A DNA stretch of 64,000 nt from Minisyncoccota bacterium (GCA_041665625.1 JBAYIK010000001.1:196341-260340); one strand, 5' to 3'. Positions 1 through 9,283 are shown, counted from the first letter of the stretch. Notes: generated by a model from the letters alone, not told the origin. Numbers and translations: made by a program.

Positions 1-349
1 TGCCTCCGTCGGTAAAGATTTTTATGGCGAAAAATTTGATTACTATCTTCGCGCCATTGTAAGTGAGTATGAGCATGTCGCTGAACTAGTTAAGAGCAAC
101 CGAGAAATTTTTGCCGAACTACACGCAACAAATGAATCTCTCTTGATGATCAAGAATGGCCTGACAATGCGCGTTTTAACAGCTCTCGCCTTTATCTTCT
201 TACCTGTTTCCTTAATTGCCTTCATCTTCAGCATGGCCGGCTCCGGCCCCGTTGTCGAATCTTATTTTGGCTGGTATGGTGTAATTGGCTTGATGGTCCT
301 GGCGGCACTAATGACCTCGGGCCTCGCCAAATACAAAAAATGGATTTAG
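1..349 (+). CDS. corA: CorA-family Mg2+/Co2+ transporter, C-terminal fragment (5' end outside window)
   Basis: The frame is open from the window edge. The C-terminus has two TM helices with '...FLPVSLIAFIFSMAG...' and a 'KYKKWI' tail, typical of a CorA C-terminus. The stop overlaps the cysS start. Confidence 0.65.
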   Translation, partial: ASVGKDFYGEKFDYYLRAIVSEYEHVAELVKSNREIFAELHATNESLLMIKNGLTMRVLTALAFIFLPVSLIAFIFSMAGSGPVVESYFGWYGVIGLMVLAALMTSGLAKYKKWI

Positions 350-1587
350 TCTTCTACAATACCCTAACTCGCGTTAAAGAAAAATTTGTCCCAGTTAGCG
401 CTGGGTCTAAAGCTGTGAATCTCTATGTTTGTGGCCCAACGGTCTATAACTATGCTCATATTGGGAACCTGCGATCATACATTTTTGCTGATCTTGTTTA
501 TCGTACGCTCCGCTTTGCCGACTACGATGTGCGCTGGGTCATGAACATTACCGATGTCGATGACAAAACAATCAAGGGAACGATTGCCAAGTATGGAGAA
601 AATGCCGGAGTCAATGAATTAAAAAAATATACTGAAGAGTATACTCAAGCTTTTCTAGCCGATCTGGACAAACTTAATGTGGAGAGAAAAAACATTAAGC
701 TTATCAATGTCACCGAGGTCATTCCCCAAATTCAGAAATTTATTATTGAGTTAATTGATAAGGGCTACGCTTATAAGGCTGACGACGGGAGCACCTACTT
801 CAGCATTGATAAGTACCAGGAAGTTTTTAATAATTATGGCGAACTCGTTGGCGAAAAATTCTTAGAGGGCAAGCAGATTGGGGCCAGAGTAAAAGTAGAC
901 GAATATGAAAAGGACAATTTGAGCGACTTCGCTCTATGGAAAGCGCGGACCCCTGAAGATGGCAACATCTACTGGGATCACGAGACCTTAGGAGAGGGTC
1001 GTCCCGGTTGGCATATTGAATGCTCGGTTATCAACAATGTCGCCTTCGGTGATAAGACCGTTGACATCCACACTGGTGGTGTTGATCTCGCCTTCCCCCA
1101 CCACACCAATGAGATGGCCCAAAGTGAGGCCCATAACGACAAACCCTTTGTGAAATATTGGCTTCATCCGGAGCATCTCCTTGTTGATAATAAAAAAATG
1201 GCCAAATCGTTAAATAATTTTTATACCCTGACCGACATCAAAGACAAACACTTTAACCCTATTAGCTACCGTTACATTCTCTTGCAGTCTAGCTATAAAC
1301 AAACCACTAACTTTACCTGGGAATCACTTGAGGCCGGAGCTCGCGGTTATGAGAATTTGAAAAGTAAAATTTCTCATCTTAAAAAACAAACAAATTTTTT
1401 CAAATTAATATTAGCTAAAATTGACGAAACTTATCTTAAAGATTTTTCAGCCAAAATTGGTGTGATGAATACCGCCGCTGGACTCGCCTCCTTGCAAGGA
1501 GTTCTCTCCGCCAAAGATCTCACCCCAGCCGAGAAACTCAAACTTATCAAAAAATTTGATGAGGTTCTAGGGTTAAGACTTGTATGA
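340..1587 (+). CDS. cysS: cysteine--tRNA ligase
   Basis: Class I HIGH motif 'YNYAHIGN', KMSKS-like 'KMAKS', and a zinc-binding Cys, over 415 aa. Confidence 0.9.
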   Translation: MDLVFYNTLTRVKEKFVPVSAGSKAVNLYVCGPTVYNYAHIGNLRSYIFADLVYRTLRFADYDVRWVMNITDVDDKTIKGTIAKYGENAGVNELKKYTEEYTQAFLADLDKLNVERKNIKLINVTEVIPQIQKFIIELIDKGYAYKADDGSTYFSIDKYQEVFNNYGELVGEKFLEGKQIGARVKVDEYEKDNLSDFALWKARTPEDGNIYWDHETLGEGRPGWHIECSVINNVAFGDKTVDIHTGGVDLAFPHHTNEMAQSEAHNDKPFVKYWLHPEHLLVDNKKMAKSLNNFYTLTDIKDKHFNPISYRYILLQSSYKQTTNFTWESLEAGARGYENLKSKISHLKKQTNFFKLILAKIDETYLKDFSAKIGVMNTAAGLASLQGVLSAKDLTPAEKLKLIKKFDEVLGLRLV

Positions 1588-1976
1588 TAAAAAATAAATC
1601 TTTAATTCTTAGCCTTATCATTATTGTCATCCTTGGGGGCCTCATCTTCTGGGGTGTTTATTCTGTTCGAAACGCCCCCCATATGGAAGTAACGGGTTTA
1701 ACAGTCAAGGCTTGCCCAAACAAAGATGACAGAGCTTGCTGGCTGCCAGAAGTTATCAATTGCAATATCGGTTCAAAAGTTGGCCCTTTTTATGCTGAAG
1801 ATAACAATAACAAGCCCGTAACTCTTTATGAAAAAATCATAGATAAAGTGACGATCCCCGATGAGAAGGGCCCGGTATGCAAAACAATCATTTACTCCAC
1901 CAGTCACAACGACTGGAAAGGTTCGTTTAATTACTACGGCCAAGACGGAGAACATCTCCCTCGGATAAGGTATTAA
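1584..1976 (+). CDS. hypothetical membrane-anchored protein
   Basis: ATGA overlap with the cysS stop. N-terminal TM helix, Cys-rich ectodomain, no recognised domain. Confidence 0.55.
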   Translation: MIKNKSLILSLIIIVILGGLIFWGVYSVRNAPHMEVTGLTVKACPNKDDRACWLPEVINCNIGSKVGPFYAEDNNNKPVTLYEKIIDKVTIPDEKGPVCKTIIYSTSHNDWKGSFNYYGQDGEHLPRIRY

Positions 1977-1980
1977 AATT

Positions 1981-2024
1981 AAAAAAACAAACCGTCTTGC
2001 GTCCCCGAAGGGTCGCAAGACGGT
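1981..2024 (-). terminator. intrinsic terminator (hairpin ACCGTCTTGCG/CGCAAGACGGT with U-run on the minus strand)
   Basis: An 11-bp GC-rich stem is followed on the minus strand by TTTGTTTTTTT, downstream of minus gene 2044..2328. Confidence 0.6.
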
Positions 2025-2043
2025 AAAACACGAGGGGGCGCAG

Positions 2044-2328
2044 TCAATCATTGACGAGGTTCCTGATGGACTCATGTCTCATCAAGCGCTTCCGAAAGAC
2101 AAGAAACGCGATGTTCCAAAGGGCCCAAGCCAAAGTAAAGGTGGAAACTGCCCCGACGACCAAAGGCAAACCAGGATGACCGGCTGTTCCAAGGAGAATG
2201 TCAAAAGTGATGACAAACCCCCCGAAGACGAAGAGATACAGAATCCCTACCGGCCAAACATTGAATGGCAGGCCTATGGCGAGGGTCAGTATCACGACCT
2301 GTTTCAAAACGGCCTTTTCGATCCTCAT
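2044..2328 (-). CDS. small hypothetical membrane protein (3 TM)
   Basis: 94 aa hydrophobic ORF. Upstream promoter TTGACA-17-TACAGT and a downstream terminator. It lies in GC-rich DNA. Confidence 0.5.
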   Translation of the reverse strand: MRIEKAVLKQVVILTLAIGLPFNVWPVGILYLFVFGGFVITFDILLGTAGHPGLPLVVGAVSTFTLAWALWNIAFLVFRKRLMRHESIRNLVND

Positions 2329-2411
2329 GTGACTCTCTCCCTATTTCTGAGCGCTTTAAGCACTTGGTTGTAAACGTGGTATCTCTTTTTACTGTACATC
2401 TTTTATCAGTA

Positions 2412-2453
2412 TTTGTCAATAATTAGAGTGGTCCAGAGCTCTTTATTGACAAA
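2412..2453. promoter_or_regulatory. divergent promoter/operator region with a perfect 11-bp inverted repeat TTTGTCAATAA..TTATTGACAAA
   Basis: Each arm contains a TTGACA -35 hexamer facing outwards. The central AGAGCTCT is itself a palindrome. The region sits between divergent genes 2044..2328(-) and 2547..4304(+). Confidence 0.5.
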
Positions 2454-2546
2454 ATGCTCAAACTATGTCAGGAATGAGGACAGAGAACTGTTCTCTACAA
2501 TTTGTGACTTAAGTTTTTTCTCGACACTTCACGGAAGGAGTGAACT

Positions 2547-4304
2547 ATGGAAACGCCACTGGAAACGATGCAGATGGACATAGGTCTTTTGTTTGTCTTC
2601 GCCGCGCTGTTCGGGCTAATCTTCAAGATAGCTCGGCAGCCCATGATCCCCGCCTTCGTCTTGGCTGGGGTTATCGCTGGTCCGCTCGGCCTCGGCTGGG
2701 TGACCAGAGTGGAGACAACCTACGACCTTTCCGAAATCGCGGTCACGATCATGCTGTTCGTGATCGGGATCGAGATGGATTTGAGCCGACTAAAGAAATT
2801 GGGGCTGGTCGCCGTTGGTGGCGGACTGCTCCAAGTCCTCATCACTGGGGTCATCGGCTTCGGTCTGGCCAAAGTCTTAGGAATGAGCTACATCGCCGGT
2901 TTCTATATAGGCGCGGCGGTATCATTCTCGTCGACAATGTTGGTCGTCAAGGTGTTGGGTGAGAAGTATGACCTGAACACCCTCTACGGGCGCATCAGTA
3001 TAGGTATCCTAGTGATGCAAGACGTGCTGGCGATCTTCGCCCTGTCAGCCCTGACCACCGCTGACAACTTCTCATTCGACGAGCTCTTGTCGCGAGGCAC
3101 TGCGGCAGCGGGGTTGATACTCCTGATCGTCTTCGTTTGTGGGCAATGGGTTTTCCCGCGCCTGTTCAAATGTGTGGCCCGGGAAAGAGAGACCCTGTTC
3201 GTTGTCGCCATGGGCCTCGTATTCGTCTGCGCATTCTATGCCACACGGACGAAGTTGACCATGGGCATTGGTTCGTTCCTCGCGGGTCTCTCAATGGCGC
3301 GCCTGGCTTATCAGCATGAGCTGATTGGCGACTTCAAGGCACTGAAGGGGTTCTTCACAGTCCTCTTCTTCGCGGCCTTGGGGTTGCAATTAGCCCCGGC
3401 GACAGAAGGAGCGTCACTCGCATCCTTTGGCCTGGTGATATACAGTCACCTGGCCCTCATCGTCCTGATGAGTGTAGTCGTGATTGTTGTAAAGCCCTTG
3501 CTCGTAATGCTGATCGTCAGTGTGTTCGGCTACGAGCGCTCGTCGGCGTTCAACACGGGTTTGGCCCTCGGCCAGTTGTCGGAGTTTAGCCTGGTGCTCG
3601 TGGCCCAGGGCATAGCCCAGAAACACCTGCCCGCAAATCTGCTACCGCCCTTCATCGTGGTGACGGTCGTATCCATGACCATCTCTTCGTACCTCCTGAA
3701 GTACAATCTGTCGCTCTACCAACGGGTGCGTTCGCACCTCCAGTGGCTCGACAAGTTGGCGTTCTGGAGACAAGCACCACCGGAGCAAGAGACTCCGATA
3801 GAGTGTGACATCATCTTGGCGGGAGTAGACCGTCTGGGCAAATCCGTGGAGCGGGCCTTGAGGGACCGAGGGGACAAGTACATGACCTTCGACCACAACC
3901 CCGATATCTATGGTGACCTGCTAAGAGACGGCGTCCCTTGTCGCTTTGGAGATGTCTGCTGCGAGGAAGTCCGCGACGGAATTGATCTGGCCAAGGTCAA
4001 AACGGTCATCTCGACCATACCAGACGTCAACGACAACGGCGTGCTGCTGAACCACCTGAGGCGGGACAATCCCGAGGCGAATTACGTCGCCATCACGTCC
4101 TCGAACCGGACGGCCCTCGGTCTCTATGAGCGGGGGGTCCACCTCGTCATAGTTACGCACATGCTGGCGGCGGCCGCTCTGGGCTGTGCTCGGGGAGCAA
4201 CTGTCCCCGATCTGAGCATTGAGATGCTCCTCAAGCCCGGCGAAGAGCTCCGGAAGAAGGGGCAGGAACACCGTCAGAGGCTCCTCGAGGAGAGCAAGAA
4301 GTAG
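2547..4304 (+). CDS. monovalent cation:proton antiporter (CPA2/Kef-type) with C-terminal RCK/TrkA-N domain
   Basis: SD GGAAGGAG lies 7 nt before the ATG. About 12 TM helices, then 'ILAGVDRLG' Rossmann-like NAD-binding (TrkA_N). Markedly GC-rich compared with its flanks. Confidence 0.8.
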   Translation: METPLETMQMDIGLLFVFAALFGLIFKIARQPMIPAFVLAGVIAGPLGLGWVTRVETTYDLSEIAVTIMLFVIGIEMDLSRLKKLGLVAVGGGLLQVLITGVIGFGLAKVLGMSYIAGFYIGAAVSFSSTMLVVKVLGEKYDLNTLYGRISIGILVMQDVLAIFALSALTTADNFSFDELLSRGTAAAGLILLIVFVCGQWVFPRLFKCVARERETLFVVAMGLVFVCAFYATRTKLTMGIGSFLAGLSMARLAYQHELIGDFKALKGFFTVLFFAALGLQLAPATEGASLASFGLVIYSHLALIVLMSVVVIVVKPLLVMLIVSVFGYERSSAFNTGLALGQLSEFSLVLVAQGIAQKHLPANLLPPFIVVTVVSMTISSYLLKYNLSLYQRVRSHLQWLDKLAFWRQAPPEQETPIECDIILAGVDRLGKSVERALRDRGDKYMTFDHNPDIYGDLLRDGVPCRFGDVCCEEVRDGIDLAKVKTVISTIPDVNDNGVLLNHLRRDNPEANYVAITSSNRTALGLYERGVHLVIVTHMLAAAALGCARGATVPDLSIEMLLKPGEELRKKGQEHRQRLLEESKK

Positions 4305-4324
4305 TCACAAAACGCGTTCGTTCG

Positions 4325-4354
4325 AAGGGGGCCCTCATCGGGGGTCCCCTTTTC
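4325..4354 (+). terminator. intrinsic terminator
   Basis: GC-rich imperfect hairpin AAGGGGGCCC..GGGGGTCCCCTT followed by TTTT, immediately after the antiporter stop. Confidence 0.55.
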
Positions 4355-4433
4355 CTATCCCTGGGTTATGCACCATTATTCCCCAGAAGACTAGTTTGCA
4401 AGACTTGGCTTTTGAATTGGTCAATGTGATAGA

Positions 4434-4443
4434 ATAGACACAT
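4434..4443 (+). promoter_or_regulatory. extended -10 promoter element TGATAGAAT upstream of the dnaB leader
   Basis: TGn plus TAGAAT. The predicted TSS, near 4450, coincides with the first arm of the leader inverted repeat. Confidence 0.4.
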
Positions 4444-4488
4444 GGCCTCCCGTTAGAAGCCGCGATAATGGGTTGGAGGCAATATTTA

Positions 4489-4569
4489 ATGAATATGAAA
4501 AAAATATTATTAGTCTCAGTAGTCGGATTAATTATGAGCAATAATGCGAAGAGCATTATCTGCTTCTAA
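4489..4569 (+). CDS. 26-codon upstream ORF (hydrophobic peptide MNMKKILLVSVVGLIMSNNAKSIICF) in the dnaB leader
   Basis: GGAGG lies 9 nt upstream of the ATG. The ORF ends 2 nt before the probable dnaB ATG. Could be a leader peptide or a tiny membrane protein. Confidence 0.35.
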   Translation: MNMKKILLVSVVGLIMSNNAKSIICF

Positions 4570-4573
4570 CGGG

Positions 4574-5950
4574 ATGGCCGTCAACAAACAACCTTTTGCC
4601 AACAAGCAACCCTTCGCCGGGACAAAATTACGAATCCCTCCCAATGATCAAGATGCTGAACAAGCGCTCTTGGGTTCTGTGATGATTAGCCCTAAGAGTT
4701 TGGGTGAGATTGCCGACTTTCTAAAACCAGAGGATTTTTATTCTATTCGTCATCACAAAATTTATAATGCTATGCTCGACTTGGCCGACGTTGGCCAACC
4801 TGTCGATATTGTCTCAGTCTCATCTAAACTTAAAGACAAAGGCCTCTTAGAGAGTGTCGGGGGTTCGAGTTATATCGCTGAGATTGCGGGCAAGGTTCCC
4901 TCTGCCGCCAACATTGGTCATTATGCCGAACTTGTTCACAAAAAATCTGCCCTACGTAGTCTCATTACTTCAGCCGATGAAATTTCTGAACTTGGCTATA
5001 AAGAAAACGAGGATGTCAGCGACGTTCTTGATCGAGCCCAGAAAATTATTTTTAATCTTGGTTCTTACGCTACTAAGAAAATCGTCAACTTGAAAGATGC
5101 CCTGGCAGAGGCCTGGGAACGCTTCGACCACCTGAGCAAAACTGAAGGCGAGATCCGAGGGGTCTCCACTGGGTTCAAAGGTCTTGATGATAAACTCGCT
5201 GGCTTACAAAAATCTGATTTAATTATTCTCGCGGCTCGCCCATCAATGGGTAAGACTTCGCTCGCCCTAGATATTGCCCGCCATGCCGCTTGTCGCAATA
5301 AAGTGCCAACGCTTATCTTTTCACTCGAAATGAGTACCCAACAACTAACTGACCGCCTGCTCTCCGCCGAGAGCTTCGTCGACTCCTGGAAATTGCGCAC
5401 TGGGGCTATCCGCGCCGATGAAGATTTTGCTCGCTTGCGTGACGCCCTAGATTCACTCGCTCAAGCCCCAATCTTTATTGACGATGAACCTTCTAATAAT
5501 ATTCTCCGCATGAAGTCTGAGGCCCGCAAACTTAAAGCCGAACATGGCTTAGGTCTTATCGTTGTCGACTACCTCCAGCTCATGGTCCCCCGCACCCAAT
5601 CAGATTCTTTAGTGCAACAAATCACCGAGGTCTCACGATCGCTAAAAGCGCTCGCCCGTGAAATTGACGTGCCAGTGCTTGCTCTCTCTCAACTAAACCG
5701 TGCCGTTGAGCAACGTGGTGGCAAGCCTCGCCTCTCCGACTTGCGTGACTCAGGCTCTATCGAACAGGATGCTGACGTAGTACTCTTCATCCATCGTGAG
5801 AAAGATGAGACCAGTAACGAGAAAAACAGCCTGGCCGAGATCATGATTGAGAAGCACCGCAACGGCCCCACTGGGAAAGTGGATCTCTACTTCGACGCCC
5901 AACGCACCAGCTTCTCCGATATTGAAAAGGGCGATTTTGGAACTTTTTAA
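4574..5950 (+). CDS. dnaB: replicative DNA helicase DnaB
   Basis: DnaB N-terminal domain 'AEQALLGSVM', Walker A 'ARPSMGKTS', RecA-like C-terminal domain. The track ORF starts at 4544, but an in-frame ATG at 4574 follows the uORF. Confidence 0.9.
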   Translation: MAVNKQPFANKQPFAGTKLRIPPNDQDAEQALLGSVMISPKSLGEIADFLKPEDFYSIRHHKIYNAMLDLADVGQPVDIVSVSSKLKDKGLLESVGGSSYIAEIAGKVPSAANIGHYAELVHKKSALRSLITSADEISELGYKENEDVSDVLDRAQKIIFNLGSYATKKIVNLKDALAEAWERFDHLSKTEGEIRGVSTGFKGLDDKLAGLQKSDLIILAARPSMGKTSLALDIARHAACRNKVPTLIFSLEMSTQQLTDRLLSAESFVDSWKLRTGAIRADEDFARLRDALDSLAQAPIFIDDEPSNNILRMKSEARKLKAEHGLGLIVVDYLQLMVPRTQSDSLVQQITEVSRSLKALAREIDVPVLALSQLNRAVEQRGGKPRLSDLRDSGSIEQDADVVLFIHREKDETSNEKNSLAEIMIEKHRNGPTGKVDLYFDAQRTSFSDIEKGDFGTF

Positions 5951-5964
5951 AATTTAAAAAATGA

Positions 5965-6045
5965 GGGTCTGCGTCTGGCTTTTTGAAAATGTCTGGCCGA
6001 AGGCGAAGCCTCAGGAGATCCGAGGACTTTTCAAAAAGCCGGAGG
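5965..6045 (+). promoter_or_regulatory. long imperfect hairpin between dnaB and recR (GGCTTTTTGAAAA ... TTTTCAAAAAGCC)
   Basis: 13-bp inverted repeat flanking about 50 nt that includes further GC pairing. Possibly an unusual terminator or processing site. Confidence 0.35.
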
Positions 6046-6073
6046 CTGGCCCGAATCATCACTTGAATTCATT

Positions 6074-6694
6074 ATGGACCCCATCAATCAATTAACCGAT
6101 TTATTTAAAAAATTTCCCGGCATTGGCCCTCGCCAAGCCCGGCGTTTTGTTTATTATCTACTATCGGCCGACCAGAATATTGTTGACCAAATGAGTGAGA
6201 AAATTAAAAATCTCAAACAATCAATTAAACAATGTTCCGAGTGCCAACGCTATTTTAGCAATAGCTATAATGCAAAAAATAGCCTATGCAAAATCTGCGC
6301 TGATGGATCACGAGACAAAGGTAGTCTCTTAATTGTCGAGAAAGATATCGACCTTGAGGCCGTTGAGCGGTCCGGCTCCTATAAAGGTTATTACTTTGTG
6401 CTCGGTGGGTCTGTCCCAATATTAGACCCCAATCCAGAAACCCACGTGCGCTTCCCTATTTTACTTTCCCTTTTAGAAAAAAAGATTAGCGAAGGTTTGA
6501 GCGAAATTATTGTCGCTCTCGCCGTCACCACCGAAGGTGAACATACCGCCCACTGGTTAGCGGCCAAACTGCATCCCTTAGCCCTCCAAGCTAAAATAAA
6601 AATTTCCTTCCCCGGCCGCGGTCTCTCCACGGGCAGCGAGTTAGAATATGCCGACTCCGAGACAATCAAAAATGCTCTAAAAAATCGGCAGTAA
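6074..6694 (+). CDS. recR: recombination protein RecR
   Basis: HhH 'FPGIGPRQARR', C4 zinc finger 'CSECQRY..CKIC', Toprim domain. Confidence 0.9.
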   Translation: MDPINQLTDLFKKFPGIGPRQARRFVYYLLSADQNIVDQMSEKIKNLKQSIKQCSECQRYFSNSYNAKNSLCKICADGSRDKGSLLIVEKDIDLEAVERSGSYKGYYFVLGGSVPILDPNPETHVRFPILLSLLEKKISEGLSEIIVALAVTTEGEHTAHWLAAKLHPLALQAKIKISFPGRGLSTGSELEYADSETIKNALKNRQ

Positions 6695-6720
6695 GATTTC
6701 TCTCACTGCCGATTTTTTAT
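6683..6720 (+). terminator. intrinsic terminator overlapping the recR stop
   Basis: AATCGGCAGT..ACTGCCGATT stem followed by TTTTTT. Confidence 0.7.
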
Positions 6721-6880
6721 TTACTTGACCTTCACCTTCTTAGGCTTCTTGGTCTCGCGTCGTTGTTTATCACTTCCTTTGGCCATATATTTTTATTTAT
6801 TAATAATAATTGAACTTTTTACAATTATATTATAACAAAGCTAGAAAATTATTTCTATTTTTTATGCACTCAAAGTCCAA

Positions 6881-7117
6881 TTAAACTTCTGCGTGATAAG
6901 AAGGTAACCAGTCCATAAGACGACGACGATGTTTGTCGATAGTCCAAGTTTTTTTATCATCAAAAAGAACAGCGTGCGTCGCTTGGAATTGCTCTAAGGC
7001 GGCCACCGTTGCTCGAGGATGGGACTCCGGGATATTCTGGTTATAATAAAGGACAAAAGCCTCTAAGGAAGTCTCAACGAAGTTCTTTTCTTGCTCTGCT
7101 TTATAGTTAAATTTCAC
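6881..7117 (-). CDS. hypothetical protein
   Basis: 78 aa ORF, no recognised motif. Confidence 0.4.
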   Translation of the reverse strand: MKFNYKAEQEKNFVETSLEAFVLYYNQNIPESHPRATVAALEQFQATHAVLFDDKKTWTIDKHRRRLMDWLPSYHAEV

Positions 7118-7163
7118 CCTTACATTATATCACAAATCTTCTTGCTTTACAATGTTTTCCCTT

Positions 7164-8018
7164 TTATCTAACGATAACAAGACTATTATCAAAACGGGCC
7201 CAATCAATCAAAAAAGAACGTCGGCTCAACTTCAAGCGACCAGCCGTAGGATCGTTGATGATTAAATAACTTGGATTATCATCATCACCCTCGTAACCAA
7301 TAATCGTTCTCACGTGCTCACCTGTCCAAGCCTTGATGGTTTTGCCTTCAAGCGTCTGCCACGGATCAAAAGTCATGTTACTCTTGGCCACACCCCAATA
7401 AATTACGGGGTGACCCGCCTTAAGTTCGCGGACAATGTCAGCATAAGTAGCACCACTCTGACCCTCACTCTCTGGCCTCCACGCTTGGGCCAAATCTCTA
7501 ATTACCGGCCAATGAACACCATAACCGGTCGTGTTTTGGGCCCCATCGATAGAGCCAACAAACTCTTTGTCTGGATCCCCCCAAATATTACCAATGCGCG
7601 GGGCTGGGTTAATAGGCATAATCTCAATAATGTCACTCTCATTAATTTTTACTCCGACACCGGCCAAAGCCATACGCAAGGCGGCAATTTCACAGGACAA
7701 ACTGTGTTGCTGATAATAGAGCGGGATAGGCAAGACAAATCGATTAACAACGGGTTCTTCAATTTTTATCTCAGGTTTAAGTTCTTTTGTCGTTGTTGAA
7801 CTAAAGGTAGAGAAACTGCCTTCATTTTTAGCTAAAACCGGTTCAGCTTTCAAAACTCGCTTAGTCTTCAGCACTGACTCATCCACCAAAGCTTCAACCC
7901 TTGTCTCTTGATTAAAATAAAGAAAACAAAAAGCCGCCGCCTCGGCGAATAAAATCAAAAAAATAATTAAGACAATTGTTTGTCTTTTCACACTATAATT
8001 ATAAAACAAAATCACCAA
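7164..8018 (-). CDS. membrane-anchored C39-like (Peptidase_C39_2) cysteine-peptidase domain protein
   Basis: N-terminal TM, then 'YYQQHSLSCEIAALRMAL' (catalytic Cys context) and a downstream His, as in YvpB/C39-like proteins. Confidence 0.6.
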   Translation of the reverse strand: MVILFYNYSVKRQTIVLIIFLILFAEAAAFCFLYFNQETRVEALVDESVLKTKRVLKAEPVLAKNEGSFSTFSSTTTKELKPEIKIEEPVVNRFVLPIPLYYQQHSLSCEIAALRMALAGVGVKINESDIIEIMPINPAPRIGNIWGDPDKEFVGSIDGAQNTTGYGVHWPVIRDLAQAWRPESEGQSGATYADIVRELKAGHPVIYWGVAKSNMTFDPWQTLEGKTIKAWTGEHVRTIIGYEGDDDNPSYLIINDPTAGRLKLSRRSFLIDWARFDNSLVIVR

Positions 8019-8149
8019 TAATAAAACGAATTACTAATAATTTTCTAAAATAATAATTACTTAAACATTGACAAAGCACTAAAAGAATGCTAATAATTAG
8101 AGCGGAAACGCTCATACCGAGCGCTGATCCTAAGTTTGAACAGAAGGAG

Positions 8150-8518
8150 ATGATAACCGTGCCTCTGCAACAGCAATTTGTCAGGGAGGCCGCCGGCCTC
8201 ACCGACGACCAGATCGGGGCGGCCAACGAGAGCCTGCCCGAGAAAGTAGACGGGGAGGTGGTCCTCGCGGTCTTGGAAGGAGACCTCAGTCGTTTCGTGG
8301 CCCTTTCCCTCCACAAGGTCAACGCCATGGAAGATTGGTCCAAAGACCCCGCGATCAAGACCCCCGCACAGAAGGTTGCCTTCCAGAGGCAGACCGAAAT
8401 CCTGGCCCGTTGGGTCTGGGACGAGGTCGAGTATGCCTTCCCGGAGACCGCCAGGAAGGAAGGGCCTTACGCCCACAGCCTACGCCGCGGTTGGAAAGTC
8501 GTCCTCCCCTCGAAGTAA
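8150..8518 (+). CDS. hypothetical protein, member 1 of a GC-rich paralog family
   Basis: SD GAAGGAGA before the ATG at 8150 (track ORF from 8087). Shares 'GEVVLAVLEG...MEDWSKDP...LARWVWDEVEYAFPE' motifs with 11188, 25994 and 27862. GC-rich. Confidence 0.6.
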   Translation: MITVPLQQQFVREAAGLTDDQIGAANESLPEKVDGEVVLAVLEGDLSRFVALSLHKVNAMEDWSKDPAIKTPAQKVAFQRQTEILARWVWDEVEYAFPETARKEGPYAHSLRRGWKVVLPSK

Positions 8519-8533
8519 ATCAGCTCCAGTCCT

Positions 8534-8567
8534 GGCCGTCCTCTCCTAGAGGGCGGCCAAACTTTTT
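8534..8567 (+). terminator. intrinsic terminator
   Basis: GGCCGTCCTCT..AGAGGGCGGCC stem with one G-U pair, then AAACTTTTTAT. Confidence 0.6.
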
Positions 8568-8574
8568 ATAAAAA

Positions 8575-8814
8575 TTATTTAATTAGCTTTAACTTCTCAG
8601 CTCGTGACAATTTCTTCATTTCTGCTTCAGCTTGCGAGGCCAGAGAACGGCCCTTAAATTTTTTGGAGTAAACCAATTTTACCGGGCGACGAGCCGCCGT
8701 ATATTTGGCCCCCAACTTGCCACCATTATGCTCCCCCACTCGCCGCTTAAGATCCGTGGTTATCCCGGTGTAGAGAGTCTTATCAGCGCATTCAAGGATA
8801 TAAAGATAATACAT
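8575..8814 (-). CDS. GIY-YIG nuclease superfamily protein
   Basis: 'YYLYILECADKTLYTGITTDLKRRVGEH' matches the GIY-YIG motif (UPF0213-like). Confidence 0.75.
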   Translation of the reverse strand: MYYLYILECADKTLYTGITTDLKRRVGEHNGGKLGAKYTAARRPVKLVYSKKFKGRSLASQAEAEMKKLSRAEKLKLIK

Positions 8815-8871
8815 CTATTAAATTTAATTATAGCATTGATTTTTAAGATATACTGTGAGAACATTATATAT

Positions 8872-9273
8872 ATGGAATCAATAGAAAGTATCCTAAACAA
8901 TGACTGGCCCGAGAAACGGGCAACAAAAAAAGAGGGGCCAAAGACCGCTTTCGAACTTCTCGCGCAAGAGTTTGATGGAGACATGGACTTAGCCGAGAGA
9001 CGTCTGTCTGATTTTAGAGATAAATCCAGAGGAGATATAAACAATATGACCCCCTCGGGCCGCAAGAGCTGTCGCCTCTATGCAATTATATTCCTAACTC
9101 TCTACCAAGGGACCAAGCAGGGTGGTAAATATTTCTACTCAGGAATCAGCGGGCAAGGAGTAACTCCCCTACTCAATTTTGCCAAAAATGTTATTGCTAA
9201 TACCCCCGAGTTAGAAGCCGAAATTCCTAGCCGCGGATTGGGAGAGCTATTAGCTGACAGAGAGGCAGCCTAA
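8872..9273 (+). CDS. hypothetical protein
   Basis: The ATG at 8872 avoids overlap with the convergent GIY-YIG gene (track ORF from 8632). Confidence 0.45.
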   Translation: MESIESILNNDWPEKRATKKEGPKTAFELLAQEFDGDMDLAERRLSDFRDKSRGDINNMTPSGRKSCRLYAIIFLTLYQGTKQGGKYFYSGISGQGVTPLLNFAKNVIANTPELEAEIPSRGLGELLADREAA

Positions 9274-9283
9274 GAAAATTAGA

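Noticed and set aside
2074-4271. Numerous ORFs on the opposite strand or alternate frames inside the GC-rich antiporter gene (e.g. 2074..2373, 2540..2962, 3921..4271)
   Set aside because: High GC suppresses stop codons. They overlap a well-supported transporter gene that has an SD and TM helices.
6723-6788. 21-codon highly basic minus-strand ORF (MAKGSDKQRRETKKPKKVKVK) after recR
   Set aside because: It has no SD or promoter. It is very short and likely spurious.
8090-8476. Minus-strand ORF overlapping the 8150..8518 paralog
   Set aside because: The plus strand has an SD, a terminator and paralogs that align in the same orientation. The minus ORF is a GC-rich antisense artefact.
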